Assembly (NCBI GenBank): GCA_963844715.1
Contig: CAWJPJ010000006.1
Span: forward strand, 1,192,907 to 1,256,906
DNA from: an uncultured Phycisphaerales bacterium
GTDB taxonomy: Bacteria; Planctomycetota; Phycisphaerae; Tepidisphaerales; Tepidisphaeraceae
Length of the DNA stretch: 64,000 nt
Reading direction: 5' to 3'
Shown here: positions 45,140 through 54,755 of the stretch, piece after piece
Layout: each line of letters starts with the position of its first letter
Position numbering within the stretch: the stretch's first letter is position 1
Translations under genes and position numbers: made by a program
The notes under the pieces: generated by a model
Told to the model about the DNA's origin: nothing
Database searches by the model: none
What the model saw: the letters and a program-made list of their open reading frames with translations, nothing else

Positions 45140-46197
45140 ATCGCGGCTTCGTCGACAGAATCACCCGCGCTCTGCTTTACGAGGGATACGTTCTTTATCC
45201 GTACCGCAAGTCCGTGAAAAACTCCCATCGCTGGACGTTCGGCGGCATTTACCCCCAGGCATGGAGCAAAGCGCAAACCGGCGCCGATGCCTGGATGATG
45301 CAGACCGAATGCCTGATCCACGGCACCGGCCGAACGCGCCTGCGGACGATCGTGCGGTTTTTGCAATTGGTCAATCGCCAGGTGGGAGAAATCGATCCTC
45401 CGCTGGACGAACTCCCCGCCGAGGGCGAGCCCGAATATCGAACCACGCCCTCCCTGCGCATCGGCGAAAAGTTATATCAAAGCTGGCAGGAAGCCGAGGA
45501 ACGAGAAGTCGATTTTGGGATGGTTCAGATCGCCGATCTGGTCCGCCAGTCCTATCGAACCTTCGTTCAATATCCGCTTCGGCGAACGATCGAGCCTCTG
45601 CGCGAAGAGTTCGGCAAGATCGCCGGACTATTGATCCGCGACCAGCGCGCCATTGAAGGCACGATCGAGATTTTCGCGGCGCCGGTCGCCGATGATCTAT
45701 TCAGGCTCACCGTCCGGATCACAAATCAAACCGAATTGCCCGATGCGCAAGACCGGAACGAGGCGCTCCTGCGATCGTTTGTATCCACGCACACGATATT
45801 GGGAGCCGAGGAAGGAGAGTTCGTCTCCCAAACCGATCCCCTGGCAATATGGAAAACCCAATCCGCCGACTGCCGCAACCTGGGGGCTTGGCCGGTGCTG
45901 GTCGGCGAAGAAGGAACTCGCGACACGGTCTTGTCTTCCCCGATCATTTTAAGCGACTACCCGCAGCTCGCCCCCGAGAGCCCCGGCGATTTGTTCGACT
46001 CAACCGAGATCGACGAGATTCTGACCCTGCGCATTCTGACGCTGACGGACGAAGAAAAACGCGCCGCCGCCGGCATGGACGAACGCGTCCGCCATCTGCT
46101 GGAACGAACCGAAGCGCTGGCCCGCGATCAACTGATGAATCTGCACGGAACGATTCGCGGACTAAAGCCCGTGGCCCAGGAGCAATCCAATGGATGA
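45136..46197 (+). CDS. Conserved group 1h cluster protein
   Basis: LYEGYVLYPYR, MQTECL, WPVLVG, SPIILSDYP, ESPGDLFDSTEIDEILTLR. Confidence 0.75.
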   Translation: MNRGFVDRITRALLYEGYVLYPYRKSVKNSHRWTFGGIYPQAWSKAQTGADAWMMQTECLIHGTGRTRLRTIVRFLQLVNRQVGEIDPPLDELPAEGEPEYRTTPSLRIGEKLYQSWQEAEEREVDFGMVQIADLVRQSYRTFVQYPLRRTIEPLREEFGKIAGLLIRDQRAIEGTIEIFAAPVADDLFRLTVRITNQTELPDAQDRNEALLRSFVSTHTILGAEEGEFVSQTDPLAIWKTQSADCRNLGAWPVLVGEEGTRDTVLSSPIILSDYPQLAPESPGDLFDSTEIDEILTLRILTLTDEEKRAAAGMDERVRHLLERTEALARDQLMNLHGTIRGLKPVAQEQSNG

Positions 46198-46516
46198 ATT
46201 CCCCTCATTTCCCGGCGATCTCCACACCGAGCGGAAACTCGACCGCGTCTTCGCGGACGGCGTCGAAATCAAACCCGGCGATCAGGTCGTCCTGCGACCC
46301 GTCGCCCGCGCCGATATTTTCGATCTCGCCCTTGAGGGCAAAGTCGCCACCGTTGTTTCCATTGAACAAGACTATGAAGACCGCATCCATCTGGCCGTCA
46401 CCGTCGACCAGGACCCGGGCTGGGAACTCGGTTGCGACGGCATGATCGGCCATCGCTTTTTCTTCGGCGTGGACGAAGTCGTCCCCGCCGCCAGGCACAA
46501 TGATCCACGCATTTGA
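46190..46516 (+). CDS. Conserved small group 1h cluster protein
   Basis: GDQVVLRP..RADIFD, AVTVDQDPG, HRFFFGVDEV. Confidence 0.7.
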   Translation: MDEFPSFPGDLHTERKLDRVFADGVEIKPGDQVVLRPVARADIFDLALEGKVATVVSIEQDYEDRIHLAVTVDQDPGWELGCDGMIGHRFFFGVDEVVPAARHNDPRI

Positions 46517-46532
46517 TTGGAGGTCCTTTATC

Positions 46533-46768
46533 ATGAAATCCGAGCACGAATTATCCGACGACGGCGAAACGCGTGACGTCCTCTTTTTAGCCGGCGGCGC
46601 CGCCCTGATTCTCCTGGGCACGGATTGATGATGGCGCATCCCGTCCTTCGGCGTAATGCCAAGGCTGCCCTGGCAACGTTCATGCCCGACCTGGAAGGAC
46701 CCGTCAAGGCCGGCATCAAGGGGGTTATTCCCGACCTCGAGCGCTATCTCAAGCTGAAAGCGATGTAG
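46533..46768 (+). CDS. Small membrane protein (frameshift ~46620)
   Basis: RBS GGAGG; MKSEHE...LFLAGGAALILLG...PDLERYLKLKAM*. Confidence 0.6.
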
Positions 46769-46773
46769 ATCGG

Positions 46774-47343
46774 ATGTCCCCATCGACATTGGCTACCCGT
46801 TACCTCCTCGATACATCCCGAAGCCGGTTCACCGTTCAGGCTTTCGCCTCCGGACTCCTCGCTGGCTTCGGGCACAATCCGATCTTCGTCGTCCGCGACT
46901 TTGCCGGCGAGTTGATCTTTTCCCCCGACCAACCCGGCGATTGTTCCTATTCCATGACGGTCCAGTCCCCATCCTTGCAACTCAGCGACGGCCTGACCGA
47001 GCACGAACGCCAGGAAATCCAGCGCATCGCCATGGATGAAGTTCTCGAAGTCGCCAAATATCCCGACATCGCCTTCCGCAGCACCAAAATCCTCGCGACC
47101 AACATTACGCCCGGCTGGTTCCGCGCCCAAATCAAAGGCCTGCTCCGATTGCACGGAATCATCCGCCACTTGCCCATCGACGCCCAACTCCGATTTGCCG
47201 ATCGCACCATGCAACTAAGCGGCGATTTCACGATCAATTTCCGCGACTTCAACATCAAAGCCGTCGCCGGCACCGCGGGTTTGATCAAGGTAAAGGATGA
47301 ACTCAAATTCCAGTTCAACCTCCTGGGCCAGGAAAAAAGATGA
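46774..47343 (+). CDS. YceI-like protein 1 (no signal peptide)
   Basis: YLLDTSRSRF, LEVAKYPDIAFRS, GLLRLHG, VKDELKFQF. Confidence 0.85.
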   Translation: MSPSTLATRYLLDTSRSRFTVQAFASGLLAGFGHNPIFVVRDFAGELIFSPDQPGDCSYSMTVQSPSLQLSDGLTEHERQEIQRIAMDEVLEVAKYPDIAFRSTKILATNITPGWFRAQIKGLLRLHGIIRHLPIDAQLRFADRTMQLSGDFTINFRDFNIKAVAGTAGLIKVKDELKFQFNLLGQEKR

Positions 47344-47933
47344 GCGGTCCGCCGGCAAATCCCCTTTCCACCAGCGCAACGCGCTACGTCCTGGACGTAC
47401 CGAACAGCCGCTTCACCGTCCAGGCGTTCGCCGCCGGTTTCCTGGCGGCCTTCGCCCACAGCCCCACATTCGCCGTTCGCGATTTTTCCGGCGAATTTCG
47501 ATTTTCCCCCGACGGCGCCGGCCAATCTTCTTTTGAAATGACCGTGCAAGCCCAATCGCTCCAATTGACCGACGATGTGAAGGAAAGCGATCGGCAAGAG
47601 ATTCAAAAGACCGCTCTCGACGATGTCCTCGAGGTCGGCAAGTTTCCCCAGATCTCCTTTCGCAGCGCCCAAATCGTAATCACCAAAATCACCGAAGCCT
47701 GGTATCGCGCCGAAATCCGCGGCGACATGCGCCTGCACGGAGCGACCAGGCCGCTGTCCATCGATACCCAGGTGCGCCTCGCCGAACGCGCCATGAGAGT
47801 CAGCGGCGAATTCACCATCAAGTTCCCCGATTACCAAATTAAACGCGTCACCGGTCTGGCCGGCCTCATCAAGATCAAGGATGAGCTGAAATTCTCTTTC
47901 GATCTATCCGGCCGCCAGGAGCCAGAGGCTTAA
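47340..47933 (+). CDS. YceI-like protein 2 (tandem paralog)
   Basis: YVLDVPNSRF, LEVGKFPQISFRS, GDMRLHG, IKDELKFSF. Confidence 0.85.
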   Translation: MSGPPANPLSTSATRYVLDVPNSRFTVQAFAAGFLAAFAHSPTFAVRDFSGEFRFSPDGAGQSSFEMTVQAQSLQLTDDVKESDRQEIQKTALDDVLEVGKFPQISFRSAQIVITKITEAWYRAEIRGDMRLHGATRPLSIDTQVRLAERAMRVSGEFTIKFPDYQIKRVTGLAGLIKIKDELKFSFDLSGRQEPEA

Positions 47934-47936
47934 ATC

Positions 47937-48482
47937 ATGTCCCCTCCCCGCATTCTCATCGCCGGCATCGGCAACATTTTCCTCGGCGACGACGCCTTCG
48001 GTGTAGAAGTCGCGCAAAAACTCGCCAAACGTAAGATGCCCGAGGGCGTATGCGTCACTGACTTCGGAATCCGCGGCCTCGATCTGGCATACTCGTTGCT
48101 TGATGAACATGCCATGGTCGTCCTCATCGATGCAGTCTCACGCGGCAATGCGCCCGGCACGCTTTATCTCATCGAGCCCGACATTTCGTCGCTTCAGTCC
48201 GGCGATCAGCCCCTCACTCTCGACGCCCACGGCATGCATCCCGAAAAAGTCCTGCGCCATGCCGCCTCGATGGGCGCCAAGTTCGGCCGTGTCCTCCTGG
48301 TCGGATGCGAGCCCACCCCATTCAATCCCGACCTGGACATGCAGATGGACTTGAGCGAGCCCGTCCGCGCCGCCGTCGATGAGGCGGTCCAAATGGTCGA
48401 ATCACTCGTGTCAGATTTTTTGAACAATCGACATTTCGCCGGCGCCCCCAACGCAGGCGCGGCGAAGTCGAACTTTTCCTAA
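47937..48482 (+). CDS. Hydrogenase maturation endopeptidase
   Basis: ILIAGIGNIFLGDDAFG, DFGIRG, DAHGM, VGCEP. Confidence 0.92.
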   Translation: MSPPRILIAGIGNIFLGDDAFGVEVAQKLAKRKMPEGVCVTDFGIRGLDLAYSLLDEHAMVVLIDAVSRGNAPGTLYLIEPDISSLQSGDQPLTLDAHGMHPEKVLRHAASMGAKFGRVLLVGCEPTPFNPDLDMQMDLSEPVRAAVDEAVQMVESLVSDFLNNRHFAGAPNAGAAKSNFS

Positions 48483-48494
48483 AGGAGTTGTCCC

Positions 48495-48602
48495 ATGAAT
48501 ACGAAAACAGTTTTGGAAGTCGTCGGAATCGCCGTGGTTGCCGTATTGGCCGCCGCAATGGTGCCCTCGCTCATTCGCTACATCAAGATGACCCTGATGT
48601 AA
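48495..48602 (+). CDS. 35-aa single-TM peptide (DUF6893-like)
   Basis: RBS AAGGAG; MNTKTVLEVVGIAVVAVLAAAMVPSLIRYIKMTLM*. Confidence 0.65.
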   Translation: MNTKTVLEVVGIAVVAVLAAAMVPSLIRYIKMTLM

Positions 48603-48761
48603 AAAAGACCAGGCGCGATTCGCACTTTGCCAGGCGATTGCCGTTGCGGCGCACGTTCTTTCTTCCCCAACGCACCACGCCGCAGCGCTCGCCTCAGGCA
48701 TTCGGCCGCCGCACTCGGCCCCCGCACTCGCCCTGGCCCAAATCGCGACGGAGACCCTCCC

Positions 48762-49202
48762 ATGAACACGCGCCGCCGCATCGCGCCGATCTATTTTCCG
48801 CTCGTGTTCCTGAATTTGGCCGCTTGGGCCTGGTCCCTCGCCGCGTCCCATCACGTCCCCGCATTGCTTACAATAGCCTTCCTCGCTTGTCTTGCCTGGG
48901 CGATGCTGAACCCCCTCCGCAAGCTCCGTTTTAACATGACGATCGCTTTCGTCTCCCTAACCCTCGCCCTCGCCGCAGCCGCAATCGAATCCCCAGCCGT
49001 CATCCCATCCCACCTCAACTCAACCGCCTCATTCCACCGGCTGATCGACGCCCTAAACGATCATCTCAGCACCATCGGCCTCGTGATCGTATCCCTATTC
49101 GCCATCACCTGGACCCTCACGGCCATCCTCTACCGAATCAAATGGTACGCCCGCCTCGAACTAGACGATTCCAGGATGTACCCCCCGGAAGCCGAGGCCT
49201 AA
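48762..49202 (+). pseudogene. Internally deleted NiCoT/HoxN derivative (146-aa open frame)
   Basis: NiCoT-like first TM joined to AWAMLNPLRKLRFNMTI (compare GWAFVHPVRKLYYNMTI in 58426-59521); lacks HAxDADH. Confidence 0.65.
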
Positions 49203-49270
49203 CGACCGACGAAACGCCCCTCTACTATCGATTTTCGACTATCCACCCTCTCCGGAATCGCCCCCTCCGC

Positions 49271-49495
49271 CATTCTGTCATTAAGTCATTGACCTGGCCT
49301 GGTCGCCGCGGCGACTCATTTATCACCAGTCATTCGTCATTCCGCCCCCATCCCCCTCCTCACTAGCAACTTACGACCATCCACGCATTTCCACTGGCAA
49401 CTGGCAACTAGTCGAAGAGCCGCCGTGGTGGCCAACCAGCAACCATCCCCGCATTTCCACTGGCAACTGGCAACTAACAACTGGCAACTATTCCC
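49271..49495. repeat. Intergenic repeat cluster: ACTGGCA heptamers, GTCATT units and a 35-bp direct repeat
   Basis: ACCATCC(A/C)CGCATTTCCACTGGCAACTGGCAACTA at 49376-49410 and 49442-49476; ends AACAACTGGCAACTATTCCC. Confidence 0.85.
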
Positions 49496-49613
49496 ACATT
49501 TGCACCTACTTTCCACCGCCCCAAAAATCCGATAACATACCGTCCTTACTTATAGTGACGGATCGATCAGCGGCCGACTACCGCTGCCTGCCCGGCACGG
49601 AGGCCTCCGTCCC

Positions 49614-50617
49614 ATGTCAACTCTCAATGCGTCAAAAAGTCCCACACTCGCCCCTCCTCTAGCCGACGAATCCCTCTATTGGGCCGCCGTGCGCCCGCGC
49701 AAAATTGTCATGCGCAAAATGCTCGCCGGCCTTTTCTGGCGAGCCCTCAATCCCATCCATCTCCTAAAAGCCGCGCACCTCCACTGCAATCGCAAGGCCA
49801 ACCGCCACGCCTTCGTCGACGCTCAACTCGCCCTCGTCACCAAAATTCTCCCCAGCGATTTTCTTCACTACGGCTACTTCGACGACCCCGACCTCATCCC
49901 CGAGGAAATGAAACTCGCCGACATCTCGCGCGCCCAGCTCCGCTACGCCGAACTCCTCATCGACCAGATGACCAACCCCAACGATCCTGTCCTCGACGTC
50001 GGCTGCGGCATGGGCGGAATCTCCCGCCTGCTCCACAAACGTGGCTTCACCCCCACCGCACTCACCCCCGACCGCGTCCAGGCCGCTCACATCGCCGCCA
50101 CGCACCCCGGCGTCCCCCTCGTTCGCTGCAAACTCGAGCGCCTCCCCGTCGCCGACCACGCCCAAAATATGGCACCGTCCTCACCTCCGAATCCTTACAA
50201 TATTTGCGGCTCGACAAATCCCTCCCCATCATCGACGCCATCCTAAAACCCGGCGGCCGCTGGATCGCCGCCGATTATTTCCAGCGCCACGCCAGCGACG
50301 ACAACACCTGCCACAACTGGGAAGAATTTCAAACCCTCCTCCCCCGCCACGGCTGGCGAATCGCCCACCAACGCGACATCTCCAAAAACGTCCTCCCCAT
50401 GCTCGCCTACGTGAACATGTGGTCCAACCGAGCCTTCCGCCCCGCGGCACACATGACCCAACTCCGCCTCCAACGCAAACAACCCGGCCTGCATTATCTA
50501 CTCGAAGGCGTCATTACCTATCTGAACGATTTCCTGGACAATAACCTGGACCGCGTAGACCCGGCTTGGTTCCTACGACACAGGCTGTATATGATGTTAG
50601 TCATAGAACGCGCCTGA
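49614..50617 (+). CDS. Class I SAM-dependent methyltransferase (frameshift ~50165)
   Basis: LHYGYF, VLDVGCGMGG, SESLQY, LKPGGRWIAADYF. Confidence 0.85.
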
Positions 50618-50891
50618 AGACCCCCGCATCGTCTACTCTCTACTTGCTACCCTCGACTTTCTCGCGCAGCTCCGTATGACGGTAGTGATTGAGCGAGCCT
50701 GAAAACCCCCAGGATCGACGACGCCCCCTTGCGAGCGTCGCGAATCGAACCGCCGGGCGTGACGCACTCAACCGTGCCCCAATTTATAGAAGGGCCTGCG
50801 TTGCGGCTAGACGGGCTGGCCGCAACCTCGCGTTCGAGAACACTCTTCCGTATAATTTGATTGTACTTGCCTTAACTTAAGGACCCTTCCA

Positions 50892-52034
50892 ATGAGTAAT
50901 CCGTCGCGGCGGGAACGCACCCAACTTCGGCGACTAATCGAAGATTCATTGCGGCGACAGGGCTTTAAGGTCCGAGACGACCAAATCGTCGTTTCAAAAA
51001 GAGCGGGCAAGCGCAAACTCCGTAGCCTACACCACCTTTCCGTGCAACACCGCGTCGACGATGCGCGGTGCCGGCTCGGGCGCTATGAAAGCGACCTGAT
51101 TCAGCGCATCGCGTCGGGGTCTGAGGTGCAACCAGATCGGATATCCCCGAGACTCGTAGAAGTACTCCCGGAATCGGAGAACGAACTTCTTTTTCGTTTT
51201 GCCAGCCTGCATTGGAGCATTCCCACGTCATCCGGTTATGGTCGAAGACTACGCTTCCTTGTCGAAGACGCGAGCAATGGAAAATTGATAGGGCTTTTCG
51301 GCCTTTGCGATCCAGTCTTCAGTGTCGCAGCGCGCGATGCGTGGGTCGGTTGGGATTTACAGACGCGCAAAGCGCGATTACGCAACGTGATGGAGGCCTT
51401 TATTCTGGGGGCGGTCCCGCCGTATTCGATGCTCCTTGCGGGGAAGCTTATCGCCATGCTGTGTTGCAGCGAGGAAGTGCGACAGGCGTTTCGCCGCAAA
51501 TACAGCCGTGGTGAATCTCTGATCGCGAATGGCGCCGCGGACGGCCGATTAGCGATGCTCGCCACGACCTCTGCACTCGGCCGCTCATCCGTATACAACC
51601 GCGTTAGGTTCGGTGAACGGCTTTTGATGGTTCCCGTGGGATACACCAGCGGGTGGGGTGAGTTCCAGTTCACCGACGGAGCTTACTCGCGGCTGCGCGA
51701 ATACGCCGAGGATTACTGTGATAAAACAGCGAAGCACAAATCATGGGGCACGGGTTTTCGCAATCGACGCGAGGTCGTCCGCCGCGTTCTGGCACATGTT
51801 GGGCTTTCGACGCAGTTGATGAACCACGGAATCCGCCGCCAATTGTTCGTGATGCCGCTTGCGAAGAACACCCGAGAGTTTCTGCGAGGCGATCAAACAC
51901 GTCTGCACTGGTATTGCCAATCGGCCGAGGACCTGTCAGCGTATTTCTTGCAGCGATGGCTACTTCCTCGCGCGGCCCGAAATGCGGAATATTTAAATTA
52001 CTCTAATGAGTCGTTTCGGCTGTGGCCGGAATGA
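50892..52034 (+). CDS. DUF4338 / Druantia DruA-like protein
   Basis: WSIPTSSGYGRRLRFLV, GLCDPVF..RDAWVGW, LGAVPPYSMLLAGKLIA, TTSALGRSSVYNR, GYTSGWG. Confidence 0.8.
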   Translation: MSNPSRRERTQLRRLIEDSLRRQGFKVRDDQIVVSKRAGKRKLRSLHHLSVQHRVDDARCRLGRYESDLIQRIASGSEVQPDRISPRLVEVLPESENELLFRFASLHWSIPTSSGYGRRLRFLVEDASNGKLIGLFGLCDPVFSVAARDAWVGWDLQTRKARLRNVMEAFILGAVPPYSMLLAGKLIAMLCCSEEVRQAFRRKYSRGESLIANGAADGRLAMLATTSALGRSSVYNRVRFGERLLMVPVGYTSGWGEFQFTDGAYSRLREYAEDYCDKTAKHKSWGTGFRNRREVVRRVLAHVGLSTQLMNHGIRRQLFVMPLAKNTREFLRGDQTRLHWYCQSAEDLSAYFLQRWLLPRAARNAEYLNYSNESFRLWPE

Positions 52035-52049
52035 CATGAAAGTTACGCC

Positions 52050-53164
52050 TTGGAAGCATTTGCCGATCTCCCCGATGCGCTGGTACAAGACCTTTTGGCG
52101 AAGGCTATGCCGGTAGCGGAGGGAGTTAACCGGAATCTCCGATTACTTAAAGAGGCGAAAGCCCCCTTACGTGCCGAGGCTGAGCGGCGCGGCTGGATAA
52201 GGCGAAAAGCCGACCTCGACGTTCCGCGTGAGCCATCTGTAGTCGGAATCGACGGCTCGTATCAGGTCCACCGCCTCACCGCACTCGACTTGTGCGCGGC
52301 CGCGTCGGTCGCGGTCGAAGGAACCTCGAAGGAGGTCGCCATTGGGAGAAGCCGCACCATCGAATGTGGGTCGAATGCCTCGAACACAGCAAGAACGTAA
52401 CCAATACGCTACGCGGCCTAATGATTTCGATGGAACTCGACGTGGCCGCAAAATCACCACACGACCTGGTTCTTTTGGACGGCTCGTTCATTATTCTCCT
52501 TATCTACCTCAATCAAGGGCTAACGAGCGAGATGGAAGCTCCAAAGGTACTCCGAGATGAATTCCGAAGCCGGTGGCATGAGGAGAATGTGCTCGATCGA
52601 TTTGTGACGCTGCTGGGCAGCGATCGCACCGTCGCAGTTCCCAAGTATTCCGGCCGAAATGAGTTGTCCGGTCTGCTCCAACGCAATCTGCCGGAGACCG
52701 ACGGCAAGACGTTGGCGACCCTGATTCTTATGCCCGGCGAGTACACGGCACCGATGGAAATTTATCACTTTGGAAGCGAAGATCAGGAGTACCACTTACC
52801 AAGGGGCAGTTGTCCGGAGGCGACTCAGACAATCATTAATCAGCAGCTCGCGGACATGCGCGTTGTATTTTTCCGGCCGTTCGGCTGGGCGCCCGCCGTG
52901 CGCCTGGAACTCCCGAAACCAATCGCCACGTCACTGCCGCGCTTATCTCTGGCGCTGCATGGTATTGAGAGACAGTTCTTCAGCCCTGCCGTAATTGAGC
53001 CTTACCCGTTGTTTCTCGCGGATCGAATGGTCAAGAGTTTGGGCGCTGGTGTGTCGGTGATAGAACAAACCGTCGCCCAGCATGTCGCCGGCGAATCCGT
53101 CGACGTTGAGACGACATTATTGTGTCTTCAAAACTACCGCACGGAAGGCGGGCGTGGAGGCTAG
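52050..53164 (+). CDS. NurA-domain nuclease (frameshift ~52335; start uncertain)
   Basis: VVGIDGS, LVLLDGS, VAVPKY, EPYPLFLADRMVK. Confidence 0.78.
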
Positions 53165-53170
53165 TCATCT

Positions 53171-54470
53171 ATGAGTGGGGAACACGATAAAGACGTTGCT
53201 GTAATTGGCAGTCCGTCAAGCAATACCGAGTTGACTCTCGATTTGTTACTGGAAGCGACCGAGGAGCGGATAGTCGGTGTCGCTTACTGCGTTTCGCGCT
53301 AGTCAGAACGGGACACCCATCGTCTCCGTGGGTCAGGTCGTGGGAATCGAACTTCGAAACCGGTGGCACGAAGATTCTGTTTTTCGGAATCTCGTAAAGC
53401 GAACGGGAGAAATACCACCCATCACAAATCGACAGGATACGCGGATCGCCGACCTCGTCGTCGGGGCAACATTCCGTAAGGAAAGCGGGGGCTACGCGCC
53501 GGAAGTTCTCGGGATGGTCCCGCCCACCGGCACCCGCGTCTTTCGGGTAGATCAACCCCTGTTGGATAGCATGCTGTCAGCGTACCAGCAGGAGATTGTT
53601 TATTTGGGGCGGGCATACGCGAACGACATACTCTATCCGATGTGGTTCAAGCACTTTGGCAGCGGACCGGGGGGCGCGGGTGAAGCGTACCATATCGGCG
53701 TCTTCGGAAAGACCGGTTCAGGAAAGTCCGGCTTGGCCAAAATGATGCTTTGCGCGTATGCGCAACACCCTCAGATGGGGGTTCTCATTATCGATCCTCA
53801 GGGTGAGTTCTCGGACGAACTTCGCGGCCAGCGCCGTGGACACCAGGGTCTTGCCGTAGATCAAGTGGTCTTGGCAATGGGCCGCAAGATACAGCACTAC
53901 CGCATCGTCGACTTGCAACTCGATACTTGGGACTTGTTCCAAGACCTAATAAGCGCGCGACGCTTTGTCCAAGACCGCCTCGACGTTCGAGGAGCCGAGA
54001 ATGTGCCCTTAGCCGCGGAATATATGCGCGAGGGTCTTGAACGCTCGGGTACTAAGCTGACTGAATTGGGGAGCGAAGAGGCTTTCCGCACGGCACTGAA
54101 TAGCGTAAAAGAGCGAGCGAATAGGATCTACACGGGGGCGGCACGCGCGGCGCAACTGCAGGAACGTGTCGATTCCATTCTTGGAGCGGAATTTGAGATG
54201 ACGTTCCGTGACGGTTGGTCGCCCATAGCCAATTTATTTCGGGCAGGGCAAGGGCGCAGGACGCTGTATGGAATCGTTGGGGATTTGATTCAAAGCGAAG
54301 GATCAGGCGCCGCCCGTCCCGTAGTTGTGATTGATATATCTGAGGAAGGAAATCCCAACCTTTGGGCCGAGGAAATTGAGCTCAGGGTTATGGCGAGACT
54401 GCTGAATGTCCTCGTTGTTCAAGCAGCACACCGATCAAGGCGATTCGAACCAGGGACCAAGGGTTTATGA
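53171..54470 (+). CDS. HerA/FtsK-family ATPase, C-terminally truncated (frameshift ~53280)
   Basis: HAS-barrel-like N-terminus (VIGSPSSN, GQVVGIELRN); HIGVFGKTGSGKS; IIDPQGEF; no DEAH Walker B before the tRNA fragment. Confidence 0.8.
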
Positions 54471-54478
54471 GACCCCTG
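54442..54478 (-). mobile_element. tRNA(CAU) fragment (anticodon arm to T-loop); putative att-site remnant
   Basis: Minus strand CA-GGGGT-CTCATAA-ACCCT-TGGTC-CCTGG-TTCGAAT-C; no D-arm or acceptor stem. Confidence 0.78.
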
Positions 54479-54673
54479 AACGCTATTCACAACAATATGG
54501 AGAAACAACAACTTGCACGGAGCCCCGGAGATTGCTTGTCACCTGACTTGTCACTGATTCTGCGAAAACACCCCGAACTGGCTGGATTCATTCAGGCATG
54601 GCCGAAATTGTCTGAGGTGGTCCGAGTGGGCATTTTGGCAATGGTGAACGCGTCGAAGGTCGGATGTTCATAG
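54467..54673 (+). CDS. Small protein at the element junction
   Basis: PELAGFIQAWPKLSEVVRVGILAMV; similar short ORFs recalled beside att sites in planctomycetes (unverified). Confidence 0.4.
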   Translation: MRPLNAIHNNMEKQQLARSPGDCLSPDLSLILRKHPELAGFIQAWPKLSEVVRVGILAMVNASKVGCS

Positions 54674-54755
54674 CCGGCCGCCGGAAATGCAGAAGATTCA
54701 CCTGGAGACAATTTTGTCGGGTCGGGGCTACGTGTTGACATTTCGCAAGGCAAAA

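Noticed and set aside
1942..49495. CRISPR array
   Set aside because: Repeats are 7-8-bp tandem units in inverted arms, with no regular repeat-spacer pattern and no cas genes.
50892..52034. Complete Druantia system
   Set aside because: Only a DruA-like gene is present; no DruE helicase or druB-D.
54442..54478. Functional tRNA gene
   Set aside because: It lacks the D-arm, acceptor stem and the 3' strand of the T-stem.
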